64,000 bases of DNA from Lepidodermella squamata (taxonomy: Eukaryota > Animalia > Gastrotricha), in the NCBI GenBank assembly GCA_047495785.1, contig JBLDXI010000019.1, positions 62,001 through 126,000 of the forward strand, written 5' to 3'. The notes below the pieces were generated by a model. That model was not told the DNA's origin and did no database searches. It saw only the letters and a list, made by a program, of their open reading frames with translations. Shown here one piece after another: positions 1 to 12,826 of the stretch. How positions within the stretch are numbered: the first letter of the stretch is position 1; each line of letters starts with the position of its first letter. The position numbers and the translations under genes are program-made.

Positions 1-506
1 TCGTCCAGGATCATGTTAAGCGGACCGTCATCGAACATGATGGTTTGCTCTGATAAAATAATTTAATTAAATATTTCATTCAATGGAAGCTTTCACTTGC
101 CGATGCACCACCAATACTCTTCCTTTGTCTCACCCTTCCAAGCATACACGGGAATACCCTTGGCAGCAATAGCAGCAGCGGCTTCGTCCTATTTGGTTTG
201 AATACCGTTATAAATAGTACATATCCAGAAATATAAAGCGATAAATACCTGGGTAGAGGACATATTGCAGCTTGACCACTGAACCTTGGCGCCCAATTCG
301 ATCAAGGTTTCAATGAGGACAGCAGTTTTAACAGTCATGTGCAAAGTACCACAAATGCGCGCCCCAGCAAGAGGCTTAGATGGACCATAAACTTTGCGAA
401 TCATCATCAAACCGGGCATTTCGTTCTCAGCCAAAGAGATGACTTTGCGACCCAAATCAGCCAAGGAAATATCGGCCACCTTGTACGCGGGATTCTTATC
501 AGCCAT
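1..506 (-). CDS. AHCY: S-adenosylhomocysteine hydrolase, 5' part (exons 506-249, 188-101, 49-<1); runs off the window
   Basis: [42 protein letters not shown]; spliced continuation reads [45 protein letters not shown]. Confidence 0.95.
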
Positions 507-1648
507 AATATAGACTCAAGTTGAGACCAATTTAATTCAATCGAAGTCTAGAAAAGTGGATAATCATGCAATGCTTACAGAAAGCACAAGACCCTTCAAT
601 ATCAAGTTTAGTATGCTTAGACTGATCGACTGCAATATTTCGTTTATTAGAAGCGCATAGGGGAAGGTCTTCTCGGAGCAAGAACCTTTTTGCAACCGCT
701 AGCCCCTGGCGACGCAGAAAAGACAGTCGAGCTTGGTGTTTTGACCTTGGATTTCTATTCAATGCGCCTTCGCTGGAACGTCACCATCAGCGAAGTGCAA
801 CAGTGAAATCAACGGCGATCTCGTGACCTTAAATATACATTTGTATATACATTTGTATCGGCGTCGGCGCGTCAAAAAATACACTCGCGCTTTTACCCGG
901 CGTGGTCTGCTGTAGAGGTTATTTACATAAAAGTAAGCAGCGCTGCAAAAATTTCTGTAGCCCGGTAATCTGTTACAGGAAGGCTCGAGGTGGAAGACAA
1001 ATTAGCATTAAAGTAACATGAACGTGTGCTTTCGACAATAAATTTAAACTAGGATACTAGAGCTGAAAGTAGTGCACTCAATGCTTATATTATGAAAGCA
1101 GAGCGCTAATTCTATATTATATTGAGCGCAATGTTCGCACCGTTAACTAGAACGATCGAAATGAACTAGTTTTATTTTACGTCATTTAGGTGTATGTGAT
1201 AGTATTTGGTTTCAAAGTGAAAACAGACGGCCTCGCTCTTGAGCAACAAAGTCATTGATTCATTTCAAGTCCTTTCAGCCTGAGCAAGCATGTTTTACGA
1301 TCACGAAGTACCAATGCCCAGCTGAGATAGAGGAGGGAGGATAGACCAGTCTTTTGTTTCTCCCATGCACCGTGGGAAAGGTCCAAGCTGCCAATCTCAA
1401 TCTCGCGATCCACCGTAGTAGAGCTTCGGCCAAAGGCAGTTCAAGTATGTTGTAATGCTGTAAAGCGTAAAGCCCGGCCAAGCCACAATCACACATACAC
1501 CATAGAGGGCTGCCACGCCAACATCATGCCGAACTCGAACAAGCTTCTCCCCTTACTTTTTAAAACATACTTTTAAAAACTCCTGCTTAATTTGCAATCT
1601 CGATTAAAATGGGCAAATAATCCAATAGAGATGAGAGAGTAGCGAACG

Positions 1649-2580
1649 ATGGTATTCACCCCTATCGTCAAATCGAGAAGTATAGTTCTATCGTTGGCCT
1701 TGCTCAATCAACTACTACATCGAATAGAAGCGAAAAAAAGCAAAAAGCCGACTGCTCCGGCCAACAATGTGGACAGCCAACTTCCACCGACAACACCAAG
1801 ACAGCTGACTTGGTTGGAGCAAGCCTATGTAATGGAACCGTATATACATTACAAGCACCCGAGGGGACTGATGTTTATAAGAAGACGCGGGGTCAAAGCG
1901 AAAACTATTAGCGAGAAGATATCAAAGTTTCTTGTTAGAGTCATCGACTTATCACCATTCAACCAGGATTTAAAGTCCGAAATGGCAGCGTATCGCGATA
2001 AAACACACAAGTTTCACTATGGGGAACATATTCTTCCTGGAGTGATCACGGAAGGGGAGAAAAGGTATATAAGCTACTTTTCTACGCTAAAACGTTATCC
2101 GAATTATTCAAGTATGACGACAAGTATGATTACCTTAAAAGCATTGAATGGGCCACGCGAGGCAGCGAAGTTGAAACTCAGCCGACGGAAGAAACGCCCT
2201 TAGAGCCAGTAGAGCCGACGTTCACATGGAGAAAAGCTGGCTGGGTTATTGCCAGCATAGTTGCCAGTGTGATTGTATCAGCCGCAACAGTGGCATTGTT
2301 CGTTTATGTCGTCAACTCAATTCGAGCCAATGATATGAAGACAAGAATGCAGCAGCTTAATAACGCAAATAACACTAGATCATCGTACGCCGAGGGACGA
2401 CTCATCCGTTCGGTATCGAATTTACTTCGTGGCTCGGTAAATTTGAAAATGCTAGAACGGTTTGAGGAAAAGGATCATTTCCCGAGACCCATCGGAAGAT
2501 TAGCTACAAGTGATCGATTCGTACTGCTCAGCTACCTGAGGGACGATTCAATAGACAACTATGATCCTCTTAGTGATTAA
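1649..2580 (+). CDS. Unknown protein with hydrophobic N-terminus and a C-terminal TM segment; apparently split by a frameshift near 2050-2070
   Basis: 184-aa ORF in frame 2 overlaps a frame-1 open stretch 2002-2580 containing WVIASIVASVIVSAATVALFVYVV; no homolog recognised. Confidence 0.35.
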
Positions 2581-2727
2581 TGTTAAGAGAATAAAACTAA
2601 TTCCCATTTGTTCGATTTTTCAATCACACTATTCCTCCATTCCTTTACGAGCTTCGAAATGTGGCAAAGGATTTTTTGAATGAGGCCTTGCCTTTCTCCG
2701 CACTGCGAAATACCGCAAACTAATGTA

Positions 2728-2897
2728 CAGGGTGGCGACAAAATTCCGCAGAATTCGATGCGCATCAGTTTAATGAAGAGTTTTAAGAAGTTAAAGAATT
2801 TCAAGCAGTCTTTTGCCAATGGAACTCCTCAATTTCTTAAACTCATTAAAAGGATGCGCATCGAATTCGCCTTCTGCGGAATTTTTTGGCCACCCTG
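2728..2897. mobile_element. Tc1/mariner-type MITE, 170 bp
   Basis: TA|CAGGGTGGC...GCCACCCTG|TA termini; imperfect inverted repeat continues inward (AAAATTCCGCAGAA, GAATTCGATGCGCATC). Confidence 0.85.
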
Positions 2898-3304
2898 TAT
2901 AATTCGGGTCACGCACCCGCTTTTTCCGAAGCCGACAAATTACGTCACGTAACTTCTCCGAATGATCGAAACGATGTTTAATAATGAGTACACGATTTTA
3001 ATTTATAGCGAAGAGAGATACGCGAGAAACAGGTTTCTCTGTTGCTTTTTATTATTCTTGTTCCGTCACCGGTAACTCCTGAGTGGAAAATCATTATCAA
3101 TAAATTTTGAACAAGAAACACGTGGAGCTGATGAAAGTGGCCACGATAAGCGAAAGGAAATTCATGGTACAATTGCATGAAATATATCGGAACTGATAAG
3201 ACCTCGTTCTCACACCTGAATTCGTAGAGTCACATGGGGCATTTTCGTCAACATTGATGAAATATATTTGCCTAATACTTATCGGGTTTCTAAAAGGGTA
3301 ACAC

Positions 3305-4085
3305 ATGTCTGATTTATCGAAACCAGCAGAAGCGTCGCCTGAAAATAGCCGACAAAGCCTGCAAGCTGTAGTCAATTTCACAAATCGAGCCCCCACTGGT
3401 CAAAATAACAATCCTCCGCCTGAGTATAGCGAGGTTCACGGTCCTAGCGCGACCATTACCTTCCATCCAGTTAGCCCTCCTCAGGGTCCGGTTGTGGTTG
3501 TGACATCGCCAGCCCAATGCCTGCCTCCCCTATCCGCTGCGGAGGTGTTTCAGTCCCGGATAATAACTGGTTACGGCTTACTCCGTTTTGCCCAAATGGT
3601 GAGCTTGATTGGCGCATCCACCTTGATACAATTTTTTGACTGACATTACAGGTTTTTTCGTTAATTGACTTTTCAATTTTGTGCGGCTTGTTTTCTTACG
3701 TCTGGTCGTGGTTTTATTGGGTATGGCTGTTGATTTTACCGATCTGCAGCCTCGGCTCGTCGATTAACCAGCTCATCAACCACGCGAATCGTTCCTGGGC
3801 TTACGAAGGCGGGTCCGACATAGGATTCGGCATCCTATACGTCATCCACGCTGCCTGTATCGGGCTGGTTTATTACGACTATTATCGATTCGATCACTTC
3901 TTCTATACAGAGACAATTAATGCTGGCATTGTAGGTCGCATCCCTAGTTTATGTGGAATTATGTATTTAATTTTTCCTTGCAACAGGTATTTAGCAGTTT
4001 TCTCGCCGTTTTTTACATAGTCGCGAGTTGCAGCACCTATGGAGGGCATTGGCTAAATCGGAACATGTTCACAAGATTGCAGTGA
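3305..4085 (+). CDS. MARVEL-like 4-TM protein A (exons 3305-3598, 3652-3930, 3987-4085)
   Basis: GT-AG phase-0 introns join in frame; PPPEY N-terminus, RIITGYGLLRFAQ motif, four hydrophobic segments. Confidence 0.8.
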
Positions 4086-4399
4086 CATTTTGGCAGAAAA
4101 GTTGATAAAGAAAACTCATTTATCTTTGCTTTTGAAAATAATTTAGCTATTTTATCGATACTTTTTAACGTTTGTTTGCGTCTTCAACATAAAACTGTCT
4201 GGCAATTAGTCTTGAGAATAAAGATGAACAATACTACTTGGTACTCCTAAGGACTCTCGTACCTAAATGGTACAAGAAGCAGTCGCGCTATCAAGGCCAT
4301 AGGATATAGGCCAAAGGATTGATAAGATAACAGTTTTTACAGATGAGCGTTCCAGTGCGTATTTGTTCAGAATCGTCTAGAATCTTCTTAGCTGAAGAG

Positions 4400-5145
4400 A
4401 TGGAAACAAACAGCAACTTACCGTACGAAACCTTGCCCTCCCATGGCGCCGCTGTTGTTTTCATGGAAACCCCATCTCAGCCTGCTCAGCCAGCGCGTAA
4501 GCCAGTCAGTCAAGTTTTCGCCGAGCGAATTCGAACACCGTATGGAATCGCTCGAGTCTTACAACTTGTAAATCGCAAATTAATCATAAATAAACGTTGA
4601 GGACAATTTAACTTGAAATTCAAAATTTGCAGGTCATTTCGATGGTGCTATTTGGAATGTGGTTAGCTTTGCTCGCGCAGTATCAATCACAACTGGCAGC
4701 TGTGCTATACACCGGTCCTTTGTGGGTACTTGGCATGTCTATGATTATTATGCCAGCTGGAACAATATCTACTCTTCTATTTCAATTGCTTTATTGGAAA
4801 AATGAGACTTGGGCCTACAAGTGGGGTAATGATATCGGCTTCGCTGTTGGCAACGTCATAAATGCCGGCCTAGGGTCTATCATGTACCTTGTTGTCATTC
4901 CAACTATGGTCGGCTCTGGAATTTCTGTTGAATACTATGCAATCTACTCGGAATCATACATCACCCTTATATTTGCTAGCATGGTAAAACCAAAGGCTAA
5001 TTTCAATTTCGAATTTAATAATTTTTATTGCTTGGGTTTGTAGGGTGTTACAATATTGATGGCGGTTACGCATGTCGTCGTTGGCTGTAGCATTTGCAAA
5101 TTTCACTGTTTGGATAAAAATTTACCTTCAGCGAGACAATCATGA
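4400..5145 (+). CDS. MARVEL-like 4-TM protein B (exons 4400-4567, 4633-4983, 5044-5145)
   Basis: VFAERIRTPYGIARVLQL, WAYxWGxDIGF, C-terminal HCLDKNLP; same intron positions as paralogs. Confidence 0.85.
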
Positions 5146-5664
5146 TCAAAATCGCTACTTACATTTCGAAAAATTCCGAAAGTGTGCCATTGCGTTGTTA
5201 TAATTGGTGACTGAATAAAAACCAACAAAATATCACGTGATTTTCTTATCCCTCGTCTGCCATAATTTTTTCAGTTATTCCCAATAGTTTGACAATATTC
5301 ATGGGAAAACTCGTTTACTACCTACGTTCGGTGAGTTTTTGAAAATTCGCTGTTGGAGTCCTTCCTCTTATTTTATCAAGAATAGGCGTTGAAGGCAATG
5401 ACTTCAAGTCCGGTTTTAACGCCCTATCAGCCGTTTTTTGTTTAGAATTGAGCTATGAATGTCTCGGCAGATAATGAATCCGAATTAATCCAGATGATTC
5501 ACTGGCTGCTTGCACCAGAAAAAACGGATGGTGCGTGGGTTCTTTATCGCGCGGATTCTTATCAATATATTTCCCCCTCGTTTCGCCTTATATTATCGAC
5601 CAAAATCCAGCATTTCATCGCCCATTTACCGCCCATTATTTTATTTTTTTGAACCTCTCTTCCT

Positions 5665-6599
5665 ATGGATCCAACCAAACAAGGGGAAGTTCAGCCAGGT
5701 GGCGTAGCCACTGTGTCCTATGCAGCTCCAGCGGGTCAAATGCCACCAGCCCCTAACTATAGTGTCTACCAGCCTCAACAACAAGCTTATCCATACCCGC
5801 AGCAGCCTGGTCAGCAGGTCTACAGCCAGTACCCGCAGCAGCCTGGTCAAGCTGTTTACTATGCCCAGCAGCAACCTGGGGCTGTAGCCTACCAACCGGG
5901 GGCTCAACAGGTCGTCATCATGTCTGGTGGGGCGCCAACGAGCTACCCAGCGCTTACACGTAGGCCTGCCGGGGAGGTTTTCGCTGAGCGGATTAGAACA
6001 CCCTATGGATTTCTTCGAGTTCTCCAGCTGGTAATGAAATTCACGCTAAAAAATCGTTAATTATCGAAGGTTTTTCCAGCTTTTGTCTATTGTAATTCTT
6101 GGCTTATGGGCGGGATTGCTCGCTCAAGAACAAGATACTTCATCGACCAATCTTAAATGGCTAGGTTGGGAATGCTGGTACTATTGGCTGGAGATGCTTA
6201 TTTTGCCCCTTGCGAGTATCGCCACTGCTCTGCAACAGCTTTTCAGCTGGAACGCTCGATCCTGGGCATATGGAGGTGGCTCTGACATTGGATATGGCTT
6301 TGGATATCTGATTTACACTGCCGTCATCGCCATCATCTATATGGTTTTCTACCCGATCATAGCTAGTCCGTATAATAAATGGTTATACTACTGGCAGCTT
6401 TTTTCCCCAAGTTACCTTGAGCTTGTTTACGCAAACATGGTTAGTTTAATTCAAAATAGGGTTCAGCAACATTTTAACCAATTTTTCTACCTTTTTTCAG
6501 GCTATTAGTGGAATCATGTCCTTCCTCTATTTCATTGCTGGCTTCAGCATTTCATGCTGTCATTGCTTGGACTTCAATTTGCCGACGCCGCGTTACTAA
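5665..6599 (+). CDS. MARVEL-like 4-TM protein C with P/Q/Y-rich N-terminus (exons 5665-6030, 6080-6439, 6501-6599)
   Basis: YPQQPGQ repeats, VFAERIRTPYGFLRVLQL, WAYGGGSDIGY, HCLDFNLP; AATAAA near 6743. Confidence 0.85.
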
Positions 6600-7161
6600 A
6601 CCAAACCTCGAGCCATGTATCGGGTATCGAAGAACCAAGCTACATAAAATCTGATTACCAGTGAATTATAGCGTCTTTTTGCTTTAGGTATAGTATTAGG
6701 CCTTATACGCGCTAATCTTATGCTTCTATTTTCATGCTGCGGAATAAAGATTATAATGGAATTCGATTCCAAAGATGTTTAACCATGGACATCAGGGGCG
6801 CCAATCTGGATTGACGAACTGTGGTAGCCTTTTCGTGGCTTAATCGAACACATATTTTGTCTCATTTCAGTCAAAGTTCGACCCATCCTGAATCCAAGAA
6901 ACTTGAAGGATAGAGCTCAGAAATTTGAAAGCACAATTTGTCGTAGCTGACAACAAATTGAATATCATCATATGACCATTCCGCCTGAAATAGACAAAAT
7001 GTGGCTGTTTTAGCAATGCTAAAAATAAACTTTTATCACTTATTATCTTTCGCTCGGTGCTACCGCATTTCCAGGAAATTTCTGCCTTGATATCATCGCG
7101 TTGCGTTTTTGTTCGCTGTAAATGACATAATTTTTTTCAAAAAGCAAGAACACTTTCAAGC

Positions 7162-10100
7162 ATGGATCCTGGTTTTCTAAGAAGAGCGGACGATGCTGAC
7201 TGCCGAGGTATGCTGGCGGTTGATGATCCAACCAAATTCCTCGACAACGATTATTTTCTAACCTACAACCCGCCGAAGAAGGATCAAAACGTGATCGTTA
7301 TCAGGTTGCTGCACACTGAGGATAGGTCGAACGAAACTGCCGAGGCGGCGACTGATTCAACTGAAATAACGGAGGTGGAAAATCAACCAGACACTGGCAC
7401 AGTGATCGTTGATGGGTCACTCGAAAAAGTTGAAGATTTAACTAGGACGGTGACACCGTGTTATCGTTTCATGCGGATTTCGCAAACGGTAATTTTGATG
7501 CAATTTCAATCCGTAACGAGGGGTAACTTTGGACAAACAATGACTTTTGAAGATTGAATATCAGGTATTGCCTAACACTTCGAAATTGAACCAAAATCGA
7601 AATCAGTGTGTGAAGTACAGCGGGTACCGAACCCTCCGGCTCGAGAGGTCCAAGTGTGAAAACCCAAAAAACCGAAAATTTCTTGGTCCCACAAATTTAT
7701 GATCCTGCTTCTTACTATGTACGAAACCTTGCAGATGTTTTATCTGATTTTCGGCCGTTTGACTAATTTGTACGCTCATTTACTCATGCAGCGCCTTATT
7801 AGTTTTAAGAATCCTCTAGAGAAATTTTGAAGAAAATTAACCCTTATTTCATGGCCATAAGGACGATTTCGGAATTCTGCCCTTTCTGCATGTTCACAGC
7901 TCGGTTAATTTGTCGAATTTCTGTGTCTCCTTTTGTACAGTACTACTTTTGGATGTTGCCTACAAGAATCTGAAACCCAAATTTCATTATTCCGTTGCTT
8001 CTCGGAAAGCGATCAATTTCAAAATGTCAAGCCGAGAGGTGTTTTTTTTATTACCGTATTTAGTCGTATAAAGGCCGCACCCCGAATAAAGGCCGCACTC
8101 GATTAATCGCCGCAAAAAAATGACTTTTCAATAAAACACGCGCAATAAAGGCCGCACTCGAATAATCGCCGCGCGAGTAACAACATCCTTGTCTCTAGCA
8201 CTCCACCGCGACGCCGGAGGCGCCCAAGTACCCCGGGACCCCCAGGCAACATGTAATCTGTCAGAATTTTGGAGTGAGCGCATGAAAGTGAAGGCTTAAT
8301 CCGAGATAATTACTTCTCCAACAGCTACCTCACGGTCACTCCATGAGTGTCGACACGCTCAGCGGTCACGTAAAAATGTAAGAACGGGTAAATGGAAGAA
8401 ATAAAGGCCGCACTCAAATAAACGCCGCATTCGAATAATCGCCGCATTTTTACGCCGTTTCCGAAAAACAGGAAAATTAGTAGCCGCGGCCTTTATCTAA
8501 TTTTATCTAATCGAATAAATCGACATCTCAGGCATTTTTCCGCTAGATCTGACTTGACAGCCGTGTCCGACAGGGTCCCATTGACTACCTATTCCATTTT
8601 TATGACTTTTTATGTAAAACTGGCAAAACAGTAACCTGGCTGACGAATCCTATGAATTCATCCGGATGAATCTATACTCAAAAAACTAGGGTGACTGAAA
8701 TTTTCAGTGAATTCAGAACCTGATGCGAACTATGCGCCCAAGTGCCTAGTTTGGCATACGGTTGTCGATTTTCCGAATAGTTTTTTTCATTTGTCGGAAA
8801 ATTCAAAAATTCTTGCTTGACTGAATAAAAATTCGGCCGTGAAAAGGAACGGGTGAGCTGAGTTTTATGGACATGGATAAGGTAGATGAAGAATGTGTAC
8901 TGCAAATTGTAAATTTTGCATACCCAATTTTACACATGAGAGGTTCGGGTAGGTTCGGTGGCTTTGGCTTTTACTAATCTCATCCTATTGTTTATCATTG
9001 GGTTATGAAAGAGCGAGATGAAAGCGAAAATCATAGCGCTTAGAAAATGTCCATTCCAAATTTCAGTTATGAGGTAGATTTTAAGGAAGATTTTAAGCTG
9101 GGTTCCAAATTGGGCTGAGCTCATAAATTTTTTTCAAAAACATCCCATACACCTTGAACAATGTGCCATTCAAAAGCTGTTAAAACTGAGAAATATCTGT
9201 GTACAATATCGGTGTTTTTGCCTTTTCCGGCTTAGCAAAGCGCTATTCACATGCGAAAATTGTCCAAAGTTACCCTGTCCGCGATCATAATCGTGTTACC
9301 TTAATATGAATCAATGTGTTTTTATGCCAGATCTTGGCAATACTCTTGGTAGCTTGTTGGATATGTTTGATCATTCTGGAACCTCGTCAGCCAGCTGCTG
9401 ATCAATACGGATCGCGCTGGTTCTTATTGTTGCCCATGTTGTTACCCCCCATCTTCAGTGTCATAACAGCCATCGGTCAAATGGCGACGATCCGCAGGCA
9501 GTCGTGCTGCCACAAGGCCGTAACCGACATCTTGTGGGCAATTTTCTACGCGCCGTACACTGCTGCCTTGTTCTTAATAATGTTTTACGACCTTGTCTAT
9601 CCTCGTGATGGGATATATTGGAATCACGACGTTGCTTATATTGTGCTCTTTTGCTTATCTACGGTAAAAATCCTTCCCATTTGTCGTCGAACAAATGAAA
9701 CCCGCTATATCTCAAGCTATTTAATCGTAGAAAATGAAATTTCACTAAATTTTGATTCCGATTTATTTGAAAGGTGTATCAAACAACACCTCTGAATTAA
9801 CGAGACACATCCATTTCCGATTTCATCAGACAGATCTACTGGCGAAAATATATTTTCGCGTTAACAACAAAGGAGCTTGAGAGTCATCAGGGTCGCTGAG
9901 AAAATGAGCTTCTAAGTTTACGGGTGCCAATTTCAAAAAATGCACGCTAAAAAATTCAGTTTTATTGCACCAATTAATGATTCGTCGCGCAATAACTTCC
10001 GATGTTATTTTCTTATACGCAGTCGATTTTTTGGGGTAATCTGAGATCTGAGGTAAGGAATCTTGCTAGGTATTCAAATCAAGCTAGTGCTTCCGAAATC

Positions 10101-11476
10101 GATGAACCTGTTCAGCAAATACTTTGAGGGTCTTCTGTCTTTTGAGGTGGATGGGAGACTTCTAGAGATCTGAATTTTGAAAATTCAAAATCCTCAACAA
10201 AAGCCGAGTAAGGACATCCTGGAATCCGAATAATACTTTAATCCGCAGCAAATTCATACTCTTTTCGCAGCAATTTTTTTTATTTTCTTCGTAGCATCTT
10301 CAATTTGTCTCCTAATCTTAGGAATCGTACGCTTACGAATAGATGATGATTAGGGCTATCGAACAAGCCCAAAATCGTTCGTTTAAGATTGGCCAATTTG
10401 GGGATATGATGAAAATTCTGAAGACATCTTACTTATGTTTCACAAATCGCACTATTGGTGAAACTTCAAGAGGGATCACTCGGCAAAATTAGTGCCAAAC
10501 GATAGCCCTCGAATCACACTATCAATTGGCATCGAGAATAACTTCTCATCAAACGTAGCCTGGTGTCCATGCGATTGAATAAAAACAATTTGTGGAGGGT
10601 TTTTTTTTATTCGCAACACTCCGAACAGTATATACTGTATTTCGTGTATTGTCGTTCGAAAATAGCACTTTCTACAAAAAATGCAATAATTTCCACGCGT
10701 TCGTAAATTCGCTATATTTTATACTGTATAAAGTGTATTTTTCCAGCACATAATTTTTGAATCTGTGCAAAAATGCAGAAATTATACGACATTCGCAAAT
10801 GTGACTTTATTAATCAGGCGAAATCGATGTGGAGGGTTCGACTCCTCGTGGGGTCAAGCCATTTTTTTCTTCTAATTTTCGCCCCGGCACTTTTTATGCG
10901 CACAAGCAGCCCCATTTCTACACTTTGCACACTTTTTCTGGCTGTATATTTTGTAGGGAAAATAGGGCTGTATTTTCTGTATTTTTTAATCGAATCCGTA
11001 GAAAATACAGGAGAAATACAGTATTTCTGTAGTGAATTTTCGAATGCAACAAACTGTAGCTGTAGCTGTATTTTTTGTTGCGAATAAAAAAAAACCCCTC
11101 TGCGGAAAAGAGTATGAATTTGCTGCGGAAAGAAGAGCGAAAGAAGTACCGTCCAGGAATCCAAGAATCGTCCCTATTCAAGTCAACTCACTTTTCGCCA
11201 TTTGCTAGAAAATACAGAAAATACGCCAAAACTCACTTGGTCATTTTTTTTATTGGTTGAGTGCAAAAAGAGCCATATAGGGATAAACGGGTTTCATTAG
11301 CTCTTCGACGTTATCTCATTTTCGCAATCGTAATTTACATCATGTTTTAATTATAGGCTTTTTCGGGTCTGATGACGGTGTTTTACGTCATTTCAGCATG
11401 CGTGGCTTGTTGCAGTGGGGGCGGAGTGAAGGTCGACTCATTCAAAGCAGAGCAGGGCGAGTCGAAAGAACAATGA
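7162..11476 (+). CDS. MARVEL-like 4-TM protein D with two repeat-inflated introns (exons 7162-7488, 9331-9663, 11357-11476)
   Basis: RTVTPCYRFMRISQT|GT, TM-rich exon 2 and exon 3 AFSGLMTVFYVISAC match paralog exon structure. Confidence 0.75.
7521..9275. mobile_element. Non-autonomous DNA-transposon relic filling intron 1 of gene D
   Basis: Perfect 16-bp inverted repeat GGGTAACTTTGGACAA (7521-7536) / TTGTCCAAAGTTACCC (9260-9275); no transposase ORF. Confidence 0.55.
8054..8496. mobile_element. MITE with subterminal ATAAAGGCCGCA / ATAATCGCCGCA repeats; right terminus eroded
   Basis: Begins TA|CCGTATTT; about eight direct copies of the motif and one inverted copy GCGGCCTTTAT near 8486. Confidence 0.7.
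9685..11310. mobile_element. Nested inverted-repeat elements filling intron 2 of gene D
   Basis: IR pairs: AATGAAACCCG 9694-9704 / 11288-11298; CCGCAGCAAATTCATACTCTTTT from 10243 / ending 11128; GGG(T)nATTCGCAACA from 10597 / 11076-11097. Confidence 0.6.
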
Positions 11477-11969
11477 CATCACAGCCTCGTTGGATAACCC
11501 GGATTGCGATGGCAGAGCGCTTTGGCTGCAAATTTTAGCTCTTGTGAACAATTGCCGCCGCTATTGATTAATTGATTAAGGATTTTTTGAAGAAAAAAGT
11601 GAATATCGAAATGCTTTTCAATATGCACGCATCGCAGGATTTCTAACGTGTTAGCCAACAGAAAATAACAACAAGAGAAAATAAACAGGAAAAAAGTTTA
11701 AATGAATCGTATTTTTTCACCTCAAATTGGCATGTGTTTCATAATATCGTCCTATCGCACGGAATTTTCACTATTTTTAAGGCGATCGACTGAATATTCT
11801 AAAGACTGGCACCATTCTCAACGAGTCTCTCAGTCAAATGACTACTTATCTCCTATGAAAGTGGTCGGGTCCCCTTAACAGAGATAAGATAAAAACAGAT
11901 TTGCCTGAATGTCTCCGACCCAATGAGTCCAGAAATTCTCGTCTTTTACTTAGTAATAAAATATCACTG

Positions 11970-12685
11970 ATGGAAGAATCGAGTCCCGTACCTTACAGTC
12001 AACTTGATGACAGCGGGAACCCTGCCGAACCTGCTGGCAATGTCGTACGTCTTAATATGGAACCCGTAGAGCCGGCGCCTAGCGGAGTTCGCATTCGTGT
12101 GCCAGGGTTAGCCGTGTTTTTCCGACGCGTAAAAACATTCTATGGAATCATGCGCCTTCTTCAAATTGTAAAATCAAACTTGCTAAATGAAATTTTAATA
12201 AATTTTTCTCTAAAAAAACCAGCTTTTGCCGCTAGCATTAATTGGGATTTACCAATACCTGTACTCCACCGTAGTCGACAGATTTTACTATTGGCTCGAA
12301 TTGCCTATTCTACCGCTAATTAGCGCAGGTTTCGCCAGTCGTCAGCTATTTTTGCGGTCGAATACAACATGGGCCCGTAGTGATTGCAGCGATGTTGTCT
12401 TCGCGATTGCTTACATCTTTCAAGGCGGCCTCGTCGCCTGCATCTACTACATTTTCTACCCTCTGATCGACTACGGCGAGATTATTGTTGTCTTCCCAGA
12501 TGCCGTCATAACCACCGCCTTCGTTGCAGCCGTAAGTTGGGTTTCGAAATCGGGGATTCTTTCATCATTTTTTGTTTAAATAGGGAATCAGCGGATTTGT
12601 CTCTTTGACCTATTTCATCGTACTCCTGAGCCAATGTAGCTGTTTTAACCATTGTTTTGACTGCAATATGCCTCAAGACTCATGA
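11970..12685 (+). CDS. MARVEL-like 4-TM protein E (exons 11970-12167, 12223-12531, 12584-12685)
   Basis: RVKTFYGIMRLLQI, YYWLELPILP, WARSDCSDV, HCFDCNMP. Confidence 0.85.
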
Positions 12686-12826
12686 AAGGATGAAGCCCTT
12701 AGTTGTCGAGAATTTACAAAAAAATAAATGCTTTCGGATATAACATTTAGACTCTGATAACGGAACTGATAAGTTTTAATTATCAGTTTTTGCCTTCCCT
12801 AATAGTTTTTTAAGGTAGATTTAGTA

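Noticed and set aside
8054-8496. CRISPR-like spaced repeats
   Set aside because: Eukaryotic intron, ~12-nt units, irregular spacing, no cas genes; fits MITE subterminal repeats
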